Positions 11,933-24,562 of a stretch of 64,000 bases of DNA are shown piece by piece (the stretch's first letter is position 1; the number at the start of each line of letters is the position of its first letter). Source of the stretch: Escherichia coli. GTDB taxonomy: Bacteria; Pseudomonadota; Gammaproteobacteria; Enterobacterales; Enterobacteriaceae. The translations under genes and the position numbers were made by a program. The notes under the pieces are model-generated. The model ran no database searches and was not told where the DNA came from. It was given only the letters and a program-made list of their open reading frames with translations. The stretch is from the NCBI RefSeq assembly GCF_030384885.1, contig NZ_CP128613.1; one strand, written 5' to 3'.

Positions 11933-12922
11933 ATGACAGAGAAAACTCTTGCCAGTCCGAAACCTTCGGAAATTCCCATTGCAAATAATTTTAAAAAAGT
12001 CTTCAGGCAATATGGCGGTATCCTCAGTGGAATGGTGGTGTTAATCATTCTGTTCAGTTTTATTAATGACAGTTTTTTTACTGCCAATAACATTACTAAT
12101 ATTATTCTTCAGGTTTCGATAATTGCAATTACCGCCTATGGAATGACTTATGTACTTTTGCTTGGCGATATTGATTTATCGGTCGGTTCAACCATTGCAT
12201 TGATTGGCACATTTGCTGCGCTTGGGGCTTCATGGGGAATTCCATTTATTTTATTGGTCCCATTATCCATTATTGCAGCCCTGGCTTTGGGGATGATAAA
12301 TGGTGGCTTGACGGCTATAGCGGGTATCCCTTCGTTTATTGTCACCGTTGCTACTATGGGGATCTTCCGTGGTATCGCTTATATAGTGACCGATGGTATG
12401 CCCATCATGATTAAAGATGATGCCTTTCTGGCGCTGGGGAATGGAGAATTTCTCTATATACCTATTCCTATCTGGATATTAATCATCTTATTGCTGATTA
12501 ACCACTTCATTCTTACTAAAACAACCTTTGGACGAAAAATTTATATCACTGGTGGTAATAAAGAAGCGGCAGTTTATTCAGGGATAAATGTCACCCGCTT
12601 GAAAATTAAAGTCTTTATGATTACAGCCGTGCTGGCAGGTATCAGCGGGATGATCCTCGCCTCACGCCTCTATTCCGGGCAACCGAATTCCGCGTTGAGC
12701 TACGAACTGGATGCTATTGCCGCGGCTGTACTGGGAGGCACCAGCCTGAACGGCGGCTATGGAACCGTGGTGGGGACGGTGATCGGCGCATTAACCATCG
12801 GCGTTATTAATAATGGCATGAACTTAATGAATGTTCCCTATTTTTACCAGATGGTGGTTAAAGGATTAGTCATTCTTGTAGCCGTTTATTTTGACGTAAG
12901 AAATAAAAGAAAACGCAGCTAA
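11933..12922 (+). CDS. sugar ABC transporter permease (RbsC-like)
   Basis: 329 aa polytopic membrane protein; ATG immediately after the ATPase stop codon. Confidence 0.85.
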   Translation: MTEKTLASPKPSEIPIANNFKKVFRQYGGILSGMVVLIILFSFINDSFFTANNITNIILQVSIIAITAYGMTYVLLLGDIDLSVGSTIALIGTFAALGASWGIPFILLVPLSIIAALALGMINGGLTAIAGIPSFIVTVATMGIFRGIAYIVTDGMPIMIKDDAFLALGNGEFLYIPIPIWILIILLLINHFILTKTTFGRKIYITGGNKEAAVYSGINVTRLKIKVFMITAVLAGISGMILASRLYSGQPNSALSYELDAIAAAVLGGTSLNGGYGTVVGTVIGALTIGVINNGMNLMNVPYFYQMVVKGLVILVAVYFDVRNKRKRS

Positions 12923-12943
12923 TCATTTCAAGGAATTAATCAT

Positions 12944-13906
12944 ATGAGTAAGGTCTTCACAATTGGAGAAATTCTGGTTGAAATTATGGCGAGTAAAATC
13001 GGCCAGCCATTTGATCAACCAGGTATCTGGAACGGCCCTTATCCCAGTGGTGCGCCCGCTATTTTTATCGACCAGGTGACACGTCTTGGCGTTCCGTGCG
13101 GCATCATTAGCTGTGTGGGGAATGATGGCTTTGGTGATATTAATATACATCGTCTGGCTGCTGACGGTGTGGATATCAGGGGGATTTCAGTCTTACCTCT
13201 GGAAGCTACCGGGAGTGCCTTTGTTACTTATCATAACTCTGGCGATCGCGATTTTATTTTTAATATCAAGAATGCCGCTTGCGGTAAATTATCGGCGCAG
13301 CATGTTGATGAAAATATTCTGAAGGACTGTACCCATTTTCATATTATGGGTTCATCCCTGTTTTCATTCCATATGGTAGACGCAGTAAAAAAAGCAGTAA
13401 CCATCGTTAAAGCAAATGGTGGCGTTATTTCTTTCGACCCTAATATTCGTAAAGAGATGCTCGATATTCCAGAAATGCGTGACGCCCTCCACTTTGTTCT
13501 TGAGTTAACAGATATCTATATGCCCAGCGAGGGAGAAGTGTTGCTCTTGTCGCCACACTCGACACCGGAGCGTGCAATCGCTGGTTTTCTTGAAGAAGGT
13601 GTTAAAGAGGTGATTGTGAAGCGCGGCAATCAAGGTGCCAGTTACTACTCCGCGAATGAGCAGTTTCATGTTGAGAGCTATCCGGTGGAAGAAGTTGACC
13701 CGACCGGTGCGGGAGACTGCTTTGGTGGCGCGTGGATTGCCTGCCGCCAGCTAGGGTTTGACGCCCATCGGGCATTACAATATGCCAACGCCTGCGGTGC
13801 ACTGGCGGTAACCCGACGTGGCCCAATGGAGGGAACGTCTCGCCTTGCGGAAATCGAAGCGTTCATCCAGCGCCATGACATGTCCATTCGGGAAGCAGCA
13901 CAATGA
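12944..13906 (+). CDS. pfkB-family carbohydrate kinase (island kinase 2)
   Basis: 320 aa; N-terminal GEILVE motif and C-terminal DPTGAGDCFG; clear paralog of the kinase at 6455..7411. Confidence 0.85.
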   Translation: MSKVFTIGEILVEIMASKIGQPFDQPGIWNGPYPSGAPAIFIDQVTRLGVPCGIISCVGNDGFGDINIHRLAADGVDIRGISVLPLEATGSAFVTYHNSGDRDFIFNIKNAACGKLSAQHVDENILKDCTHFHIMGSSLFSFHMVDAVKKAVTIVKANGGVISFDPNIRKEMLDIPEMRDALHFVLELTDIYMPSEGEVLLLSPHSTPERAIAGFLEEGVKEVIVKRGNQGASYYSANEQFHVESYPVEEVDPTGAGDCFGGAWIACRQLGFDAHRALQYANACGALAVTRRGPMEGTSRLAEIEAFIQRHDMSIREAAQ

Positions 13907-14949
13907 AAAACGAAATTTGGTCGTGGATTGGCGATCTCTCGCAGGTTGCCGGAATTAAACACTATGAGTTATGTAGTGGCAGATCAAAGGGGACAGAAGC
14001 GTTTGATGTCCGTACTGGTGCGGGATTGGCATTTACGGTGGTAAAAGATCGCGCGCTGGATATTGCATGGGCCAGCTACAAGGACACTGCGCTCTCTTTT
14101 ATCACCCCCAACGGCATTGTCGCCCCCGCTTTTTTTGAGTCTCAGGGCAACGGGTTTTTACGTAGCTTCTACGCGGGGTTACTGACTACCTGCGGACTTA
14201 GCTACATTGGCACGCCCTGTGAGGATAACGGAGAAACGCTGGGATTACACGGACGTTTGGCTGCGACACCAGCGGAAGAGGTGGGATATCGCACAGAACG
14301 GACCGACGACGGCATTGAATTTGTCATCAATGGCAAATTACGGGAAACGCGATTGTTCGGTGAAAATCTGACGTTGGAAAGGACCATTCGCTGCCGCTAT
14401 GGCGAAAATGTGCTGCGCATTGAAGACAAGGTGACTAATCATGGTTTCACCCGCCAGCCGCTGCAAATTCTTTATCACTTTAATTACGGCTGGCCTTTAT
14501 TATCGCCACAGGCAGAAATCTTGCTGTCGGCTAAAAGCGTAACGCCACGAACCCCGCATGCGGCGGAAGGGTTAACCAGTCATCTGGAGATTTGTACCCC
14601 ACAGCCCGGTTTTGACGAGCAGGTTTACTATCTCACGTTGAATAGCGACAGTCAGGGGATGAGTAAAGTTGCGCTGGTGAACGCCGAACTGGGGTGGGGA
14701 ATTTACGAGAAATTCGACACCATGCAGCTACCCAACTTTATCCAGTGGAAAAATTTAGGCGCGGGTGAATATGTTATGGGGCTGGAGGTCAGCAATAGTT
14801 TTCCTGACGGTCGTGATAAAGAACGAGCGCAGGGGCGTCTGCCCTTTATAGAGCCAGGGGAAACAAAGACATACTGCTTTGAGCTGGGAATTGTTGATGG
14901 CGATGCTGAAATTAGCGCGTTGAAAGCGGAAATTGCAAGCTACCGTTAG
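13903..14949 (+). CDS. DUF4432-like / mutarotase-like protein of unknown function
   Basis: 348 aa; start overlaps the kinase 2 stop (ATGA); family assignment from recall only and tentative. Confidence 0.65.
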   Translation: MKNEIWSWIGDLSQVAGIKHYELCSGRSKGTEAFDVRTGAGLAFTVVKDRALDIAWASYKDTALSFITPNGIVAPAFFESQGNGFLRSFYAGLLTTCGLSYIGTPCEDNGETLGLHGRLAATPAEEVGYRTERTDDGIEFVINGKLRETRLFGENLTLERTIRCRYGENVLRIEDKVTNHGFTRQPLQILYHFNYGWPLLSPQAEILLSAKSVTPRTPHAAEGLTSHLEICTPQPGFDEQVYYLTLNSDSQGMSKVALVNAELGWGIYEKFDTMQLPNFIQWKNLGAGEYVMGLEVSNSFPDGRDKERAQGRLPFIEPGETKTYCFELGIVDGDAEISALKAEIASYR

Positions 14950-14965
14950 CTAACGGCAATAAAAA

Positions 14966-14992
14966 CGCCGGGCAGCGTTAACAGGCCCGGCG
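14966..14992 (-). terminator. Rho-independent terminator downstream of accC
   Basis: Hairpin cgccgggc-N11-gcccggcg; on the minus strand it is followed by a T run (tttttattgcc), appropriate for ending accBC. Confidence 0.5.
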
Positions 14993-15040
14993 TTGATTAC
15001 GTTCTTTGCTAAGCGCGATGAAAACACCGCGCGTCACAAA

Positions 15041-16390
15041 TTATTTTTCCTGAAGACCGAGTTTTTTCTCCAGATAGTGGATGTTAGTGCCACCATGCTG
15101 GAAGTTCTCGTCATTCATGATGCGGATCTGCAGATCAACGTTGGTTTTGATACCGTCGATGATCAGCTCCTGCAGCGCATTCTTCATGCGGGCAATCGCC
15201 ACGTCACGGTTTTCACCGTAGCAAATCAGCTTACCGATCATTGAGTCATAGTACGGCGGTACGGTGTAGCCCGCGTAGATATGAGACTCCCAACGCACGC
15301 CAAAACCGCCAGGTGCATGGAAACGGGTGATTTTGCCCGGACTTGGCAGGAAGGTGTTCGGATCTTCGGCGTTGATACGACATTCCACCGCATGGCCGCG
15401 AACGTGAACTTCTTCTTGCTTGATCGACAGCGGCTGACCGGCAGCGATACGCAGCTGTTCTTTGATCAGGTCAACGCCAGTGATCATTTCGGTAACCGGG
15501 TGTTCTACCTGAATACGGGTGTTCATTTCGATGAAATAGAACTCGCCGTTTTCGAACAGGAACTCGAAAGTACCCGCACCGCGATAGCCGATATCAACAC
15601 ACGCTTTAGCGCAACGTTCGCCGATGTAGCGACGCAGTTCCGGGGTAATGCCCGGTGCTGGCGCTTCTTCGACCACTTTCTGGTGGCGGCGCTGCATGGA
15701 GCAGTCACGTTCCGCCAGATAGATAGCGTTGCCCTGACCGTCAGCCAGTACCTGAATCTCGACGTGGCGAGGATTTTCCAGGTATTTCTCCATGTAAACC
15801 ATGTCGTTATTGAAAGCGGCTTTCGCTTCCGCACGGGTCATGGAGATGGATTGTGCCAGTTCAGCGTCGCCGCGTACTACACGCATACCACGACCGCCGC
15901 CGCCGCCGGAGGCTTTGATAATCACCGGGTAACCAATGCGTTTTGCAATGGCGCGGTTTTTATCCATATCGTCGCCCAGCGGGCCGTCAGAACCTGGTAC
16001 GCAAGGAACGCCCGCTTTTTTCATCGCGGCGATTGCGGATACTTTGTCACCCATCAGGCGAATGGTGTCTGCTTTCGGGCCGATGAAGATAAAGCCGGAG
16101 CGTTCAACCTGCTCGGCAAAATTGGCGTTCTCGGAGAGGAAGCCGTAACCCGGATGGATTGCTACTGCGCCGGTGATTTCAGCGGCGCTGATGATTGCCG
16201 GGATGTTCAGATAACTTTTTACTGACGGAGCAGGGCCGATACAGACCGTTTCATCTGCCAATAATACGTGTTTTAGATCGCGATCCGCGCTGGAGTGCAC
16301 AGCGACAGTCTTGATGCCCAGTTCTTTACAGGCACGAAGAATACGCAATGCAATCTCGCCGCGGTTGGCAATAACAATTTTATCCAGCAT
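15041..16390 (-). CDS. accC: biotin carboxylase subunit of acetyl-CoA carboxylase
   Basis: ORF 15041..16429; start taken at [27 protein letters not shown] to give 449 aa; ATP-grasp motifs present. Confidence 0.95.
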   Translation of the reverse strand: MLDKIVIANRGEIALRILRACKELGIKTVAVHSSADRDLKHVLLADETVCIGPAPSVKSYLNIPAIISAAEITGAVAIHPGYGFLSENANFAEQVERSGFIFIGPKADTIRLMGDKVSAIAAMKKAGVPCVPGSDGPLGDDMDKNRAIAKRIGYPVIIKASGGGGGRGMRVVRGDAELAQSISMTRAEAKAAFNNDMVYMEKYLENPRHVEIQVLADGQGNAIYLAERDCSMQRRHQKVVEEAPAPGITPELRRYIGERCAKACVDIGYRGAGTFEFLFENGEFYFIEMNTRIQVEHPVTEMITGVDLIKEQLRIAAGQPLSIKQEEVHVRGHAVECRINAEDPNTFLPSPGKITRFHAPGGFGVRWESHIYAGYTVPPYYDSMIGKLICYGENRDVAIARMKNALQELIIDGIKTNVDLQIRIMNDENFQHGGTNIHYLEKKLGLQEK

Positions 16391-16400
16391 GTTCGCCTCG

Positions 16401-16871
16401 TTACTCGATGACGACCAGCGGCTCGTCAAATTCTACCGGTTGTCCACTTTCGACCAGAATTGCTTTCACGGTACCGGATTTGTCCGCTTCGATCTGGTTC
16501 ATCATTTTCATGGCTTCAACGATGCACAGGGTATCGCCCACGTTGACTTTCTGACCCACTTCGATGAACGCTTTTGCGTCCGGGCTTGGGGTGCGGTAGA
16601 AAGTACCAACCATCGGGGAACGTACGATGTGACCACTGATTTCCGCTGCTGCTGGCGCTTCCATGGAAGGAACGGTCGCCGGAGCGGCTGCGTTAGATTG
16701 AGCTGGCTGCTGCATCATTGGTGCAGCGTAAGCTTGTTGCATCACAGGGAAACTTGCGGCAGGAGCTGCACGGCTGATGCGTACTGACTCTTCGCCTTCG
16801 GAGATTTCCAGTTCGGAGATGCCTGATTCTTCAACCAGCTCGATCAGTTTTTTAATCTTACGAATATCCAT
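16401..16871 (-). CDS. accB: biotin carboxyl carrier protein
   Basis: 156 aa; Ala/Pro-rich linker and biotinylation motif [10 protein letters not shown]. Confidence 0.95.
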
Positions 16872-17879
16872 GAGTGGGTTCCGTACTCTTTGTTTAGTGT
16901 GATTGTGACAGGCGTTTCACCGCCGTCTGTAAAGCGTATGCCCCGACAGCTGTATGCATAGCGATAAATTCCAGCAGGCCGGGACGCCGGTCTATTTTGC
17001 CCCAGAGTGTCAATGTTAGACTTGACGGACATTGTGCAGCGATCTGCTGCTATCCTCCGGCAAAAAACAAAATATACCTTCGTTGCGCCAATGTCACCTT
17101 TTCCGCAGCGCAAAAACTGCGTCAGGGAGGACGAGGTCGCACATTATAACGATTTCGTAGCAATTGGCAGCTAAATACTGGTCTTATCAGGGAAGATAAT
17201 CAACAGCTAACATGTAAATAACCTTCAACACCGTGTAATTTGCAACAAGCCGCACAATTCACGAAATTAGCGCTATCGTCGACGGAACTTCTTATAACGT
17301 AAGGCTAAAAGCTGTAAAGCCAGCCCTGCGAAGATGAGGGGCTGCAATGAGATAATCTTCACAGACCACAAATAATGTAGGGATGTCAGGATCGCGGCAA
17401 GATAGACGACATTACGCAGCGGTTGCTGGTGATTACTCAATTTTCACTGCATCGTCTGGATAAACGTCAATGCTAAAGCACGCAAAATCAACAAACTGAC
17501 AATGCTCAGCATCAAATAGCTTTGAGTGGTTAATTTATAATCAAATAAAATCAGATTATTCACCCCTGGGATCCGAGTTAAGGTACAGATTAAGCGTAGC
17601 GTCACCCAGGCAAAGCGCCTTAAACCTAACAGACGACGGGACGTATCAATAATGACTATTTAGTGGAGTATCAAGGGGGTTTTCCACCGTTTGGTGACCC
17701 GTATCAATGCGCATCAATTTATGGTCAGTCGAAATCATGACTTTCCAGTTTGGATGATGTTGTACAACTTCATGACCAAGATGTTCGACGAAAGCTGTCC
17801 GGCTAACCGCTTTTCCCGTTAACCGATTGAATAATGATTTCAAAATGAGTTCCCTCTCTTATTATTCCCTGCTAAATGG

Positions 17880-18854
17880 TTAGTTAACCTTCACCAGCGT
17901 GCGACCCTGGATCTGGTTATTAATGATGGCCTCGGCAAATTTCGGTGCCTCTGCCAGAGATATCTCTTTTGCCGCCTGGGTATAGAATGATTCCGGTAAA
18001 TCGGCGACCAGTCGCTGCCAGGCTTGTGCGCGGCGTGCTGGTGGCGTCATCACTGAATCCACCCCCTGTAAACGGACATTACGCAGAATAAATGGCATGA
18101 CCGTGGTTGGCAGAGTAAAACCACCCGCCAGACCACAGGCCGCCACGCAGCCGCCGTAATTCATTTGCGCCAGCACTTTCGCCAGCACTTTGTCGCCAAC
18201 GGTGTCAATTGCCCCAGCCCAGAGTTGTTTTTCCAGAGGACGGGATTCGGCAAACTCATCGCGAGGGAGAATACGGCTGGCACCTAAACTTTTCAGATAT
18301 TCATGGGTACTTTCGCGACCGGAAACGGCAACGACCTGATAACCCAACTTATGCAGCAGCGCCACGGCGGTACTGCCGACGCCACCACTGGCACCCGTTA
18401 CGACAATCTCGCCGTCCTGCGGGCGAACACCGGCATCTTCCAGCGCCATCACACACAGCATGGCGGTAAAACCGGCAGTACCGATAATCATTGCTTTACG
18501 CGCGTCCAGCCCTTGCGGCATGGCAACCAGCCAGTCACCTTTCACTCGCGCCTGCTCCGCCAGCCCACCCCAGTGGTTTTCACCAACGCCCCAGCCAGTG
18601 AGTAATACGTCCTGACCGGCATGAAAACGCGGATCTTCGCTGGTGCGTACAGTTCCGGCAAAATCGATCCCAGGAATCATCGGAAAATTACGGATGATTT
18701 TTCCCTTACCGGTAATTGCCAGCGCATCTTTGTAGTTCAGGCTCGACCAGTGAACATCAACCGTGACATCGCCCTCCGGCAGGCGACTTTCGTCCAGAGT
18801 CTGTACCGATGCGAGAGTTTTGCCGTCCTGCTGTTCTAAAAGTAACGCCTGCAT
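17880..18854 (-). CDS. acuI: acrylyl-CoA reductase / MDR-family NADPH oxidoreductase
   Basis: 324 aa zinc-independent quinone-oxidoreductase-like protein (YhdH); Rossmann motif GASGGVGS. Confidence 0.88.
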   Translation of the reverse strand: MQALLLEQQDGKTLASVQTLDESRLPEGDVTVDVHWSSLNYKDALAITGKGKIIRNFPMIPGIDFAGTVRTSEDPRFHAGQDVLLTGWGVGENHWGGLAEQARVKGDWLVAMPQGLDARKAMIIGTAGFTAMLCVMALEDAGVRPQDGEIVVTGASGGVGSTAVALLHKLGYQVVAVSGRESTHEYLKSLGASRILPRDEFAESRPLEKQLWAGAIDTVGDKVLAKVLAQMNYGGCVAACGLAGGFTLPTTVMPFILRNVRLQGVDSVMTPPARRAQAWQRLVADLPESFYTQAAKEISLAEAPKFAEAIINNQIQGRTLVKVN

Positions 18855-19005
18855 AAGTGGTCCTCATGTGCATGATGGATTGGAAAATAATTTCTGAAGA
18901 CTATACTCGCTAATGGAAAAGCAAAGCCGATGAAGCGCAATAAATTGCGAGATAAATCTGATTTGCTAGTATGCCCGCTTCCTCACTATCGGAGTTAACA
19001 CAAGG

Positions 19006-20946
19006 ATGAGATTAACGACGAAATTTTCGGCCTTTGTTACGCTGCTCACCGGGTTAACAATTTTTGTGACTTTGTTGGGCTGTTCGCTAAGTTTCTACAA
19101 CGCCATTCAGTATAAGTTTAGTCATCGCGTTCAGGCGGTGGCGACGGCGATTGATACCCACCTTGTGTCGAATGACTTCAGCGCATTAAGGCCACAAATT
19201 ACCGAATTAATGATGTCAGCAGATATCGTTCGTGTAGACCTGCTGCATGGTGATAAACAGGTTTATACCCTCGCCAGAAATGGTAGTTATCGTCCGGTTG
19301 GCACCAGCGATCTGTTTCGCGAACTGAGCGTTCCGTTGATAAAGCATCCGGGGATGTCGCTGCGTCTGGTTTATCAGGATCCGATGGGCAACTATTTCCA
19401 TTCGTTGATGACCACCGCGCCGCTCACGGGGGCGATTGGCTTTATCATTCTTATGCTCTTCCTGGCGGTACGCTGGTTACAACGGCAACTTGCCGGGCAA
19501 GAATTGCTGGAAACCCGGGCTACTCGTATCTTAAACGGTGAGCGTGGCTCTAATGTGTTGGGAACCATCTATGAATGGCCGCCCAGAACCAGCAGTGCGC
19601 TGGATACGCTGCTTCGTGAAATTCAGAACGCACGCGAACAACACAGCCGTCTTGATACGCTGATCCGCTCTTATGCCGCCCAGGACATGAAAACCGGCCT
19701 CAATAACCGACTCTTCTTCGATAATCAGTTAGCAACGTTACTGGAAGATCAGGAGAAAGTAGGTACCCACGGGATCGTGATGATGATTCGTCTACCGGAT
19801 TTCAATATGTTGAGCGATACCTGGGGGCACAGCCAGGTTGAAGAACAGTTCTTCACTCTGACGAATCTGCTGTCGACATTTATGATGCGCTACCCTGGCG
19901 CACTGCTGGCGCGTTACCACCGCAGTGATTTTGCTGCGCTGTTGCCGCACCGGACGTTAAAAGAGGCTGAGAGCATAGCCAGTCAGTTAATCAAAGCCGT
20001 CGATACCTTGCCGAACAATAAAATGCTCGATCGCGACGATATGATCCACATTGGTATCTGTGCCTGGCGTAGTGGTCAGGATACCGAGCAGGTAATGGAA
20101 CATGCAGAGTCTGCCACGCGTAATGCGGGATTGCAGGGCGGCAATAGCTGGGCTATTTACGATGACTCGTTGCCTGAAAAAGGACGCGGTAATGTTCGCT
20201 GGCGTACGCTTATCGAGCAAATGCTGAGTCGCGGCGGCCCGCGCCTTTATCAAAAACCTGCGGTTACTCGCGAAGGTCAGGTTCATCATCGCGAACTCAT
20301 GTGCCGCATCTTCGATGGTAATGAAGAGGTTAGCTCGGCGGAGTATATGCCGATGGTCTTGCAGTTTGGCTTATCGGAAGAGTATGACCGCCTGCAAATC
20401 AGCCGTCTTATTCCACTATTGCGTTACTGGCCGGAGGAAAATCTGGCGATTCAGGTTACCGTTGAGTCGCTGATTCGCCCGCGTTTTCAGCGTTGGCTGC
20501 GCGATACGTTAATGCAATGTGAAAGATCGCAACGAAAACGCATAATTATTGAACTTGCAGAGGCCGATGTAGGTCAACATATCAGTCGTTTACAACCTGT
20601 TATTCGTTTAGTGAATGCTTTAGGGGTGCGGGTAGCCGTCAACCAGGCTGGTTTGACGCTGGTAAGCACCAGTTGGATCAAAGAACTTAATGTTGAGTTA
20701 CTCAAGCTCCATCCGGGGCTGGTCAGAAACATTGAGAAGCGAACGGAGAATCAGCTGCTGGTTCAAAGCCTGGTGGAAGCCTGCTCCGGGACCAGCACCC
20801 AGGTTTACGCCACCGGCGTGCGTTCGCGAAGCGAGTGGCAGACCCTGATTCAGCGCGGTGTTACAGGTGGGCAAGGGGATTTTTTCGCGTCCTCACAGCC
20901 ACTTGATACTAACGTGAAAAAATATTCACAAAGATACTCGGTTTAA
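19006..20946 (+). CDS. csrD: RNase E specificity factor CsrD (degenerate GGDEF-EAL protein)
   Basis: 646 aa; N-terminal TM segments followed by GGDEF-like and EAL-like domains; positioned upstream of mreB. Confidence 0.88.
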   Translation: MRLTTKFSAFVTLLTGLTIFVTLLGCSLSFYNAIQYKFSHRVQAVATAIDTHLVSNDFSALRPQITELMMSADIVRVDLLHGDKQVYTLARNGSYRPVGTSDLFRELSVPLIKHPGMSLRLVYQDPMGNYFHSLMTTAPLTGAIGFIILMLFLAVRWLQRQLAGQELLETRATRILNGERGSNVLGTIYEWPPRTSSALDTLLREIQNAREQHSRLDTLIRSYAAQDMKTGLNNRLFFDNQLATLLEDQEKVGTHGIVMMIRLPDFNMLSDTWGHSQVEEQFFTLTNLLSTFMMRYPGALLARYHRSDFAALLPHRTLKEAESIASQLIKAVDTLPNNKMLDRDDMIHIGICAWRSGQDTEQVMEHAESATRNAGLQGGNSWAIYDDSLPEKGRGNVRWRTLIEQMLSRGGPRLYQKPAVTREGQVHHRELMCRIFDGNEEVSSAEYMPMVLQFGLSEEYDRLQISRLIPLLRYWPEENLAIQVTVESLIRPRFQRWLRDTLMQCERSQRKRIIIELAEADVGQHISRLQPVIRLVNALGVRVAVNQAGLTLVSTSWIKELNVELLKLHPGLVRNIEKRTENQLLVQSLVEACSGTSTQVYATGVRSRSEWQTLIQRGVTGGQGDFFASSQPLDTNVKKYSQRYSV

Positions 20947-21124
20947 CCTGCCGTTTAATCCGTTTTCACGTAGAATAACGCGCGCTGCGTCTCATGGGAG
21001 TGTGCTTGTCTGCTCGCCAGATTGTTGCAGCACATATGCAGATGAATGACCTTACGCGGTTGCAAACAGGCGAGGAATGCTGCTGATGCATTAAGCCTTT
21101 CTGGACTCAGGCAGAGATTTGTAA

Positions 21125-22294
<1,170 letters not shown>

Positions 22295-22359
22295 TCGGAT
22301 ACAGGCAGGGGAAGCGTCTGTTTACCCTGCCTGGTCTGATACGAGAATACGCATAACTT

Positions 22360-23960
<1,601 letters not shown>

Positions 23961-23968
23961 AGGTTTCT

Positions 23969-24562
23969 ATGACTTCTCTGTATTTAGCTTCCGGTTCTCC
24001 GCGTCGTCAGGAGTTACTTGCGCAACTTGGCGTGACCTTTGAACGTATTGTTACGGGCATTGAGGAGCAGCGTCAGCCGCAGGAGAGCGCGCAGCAATAT
24101 GTTGTGCGTCTGGCGCGCGAGAAAGCACAGGCGGGTGTCACGCACACGGCGCAGGATCTCCCGGTGCTGGGTGCGGATACTATCGTTATCCTGAATGGAG
24201 AAGTGCTGGAGAAACCGCGCGACGCAGATCATGCGGCGCAGATGTTGCGCAAACTATCGGGTCAGACCCATCAGGTGATGACGGCAGTGGCGTTGGCCGA
24301 CAGTCAGCACATTCTCGATTGCCTGGTGGTCACCGATGTGACGTTCAGAACGTTAACAGACGAAGACATCGCGGGCTATGTCGCCAGCGGAGAACCGTTA
24401 GATAAAGCAGGTGCATACGGTATTCAGGGGTTGGGTGGCTGTTTTGTCAGGAAGATAAATGGCAGCTATCACGCCGTAGTCGGCTTACCGCTGGTTGAAA
24501 CGTATGAATTATTAAGTAATTTTAACGCACTGCGTGAGAAAAGGGATAAACATGACGGCTGA
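23969..24562 (+). CDS. yhdE: Maf-like nucleotide pyrophosphatase YhdE
   Basis: 197 aa Maf family ([17 protein letters not shown]...). Confidence 0.9.
   Translation: MTSLYLASGSPRRQELLAQLGVTFERIVTGIEEQRQPQESAQQYVVRLAREKAQAGVTHTAQDLPVLGADTIVILNGEVLEKPRDADHAAQMLRKLSGQTHQVMTAVALADSQHILDCLVVTDVTFRTLTDEDIAGYVASGEPLDKAGAYGIQGLGGCFVRKINGSYHAVVGLPLVETYELLSNFNALREKRDKHDG

Noticed and set aside
12923-13150. 75 aa minus-strand ORF spanning the permease / kinase 2 junction
   Set aside because: Antisense to the start of a well-supported kinase gene and the intergenic ribosome-binding site; no supporting features.
15281-16225. 314 aa plus-strand ORF
   Set aside because: Entirely antisense to accC, whose identity is unambiguous; no recognisable domain.
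16844-17113. 89 aa minus-strand ORF overlapping the accB start
   Set aside because: Overlaps the accB start and 5' leader in a different frame; likely a chance ORF in the leader region.
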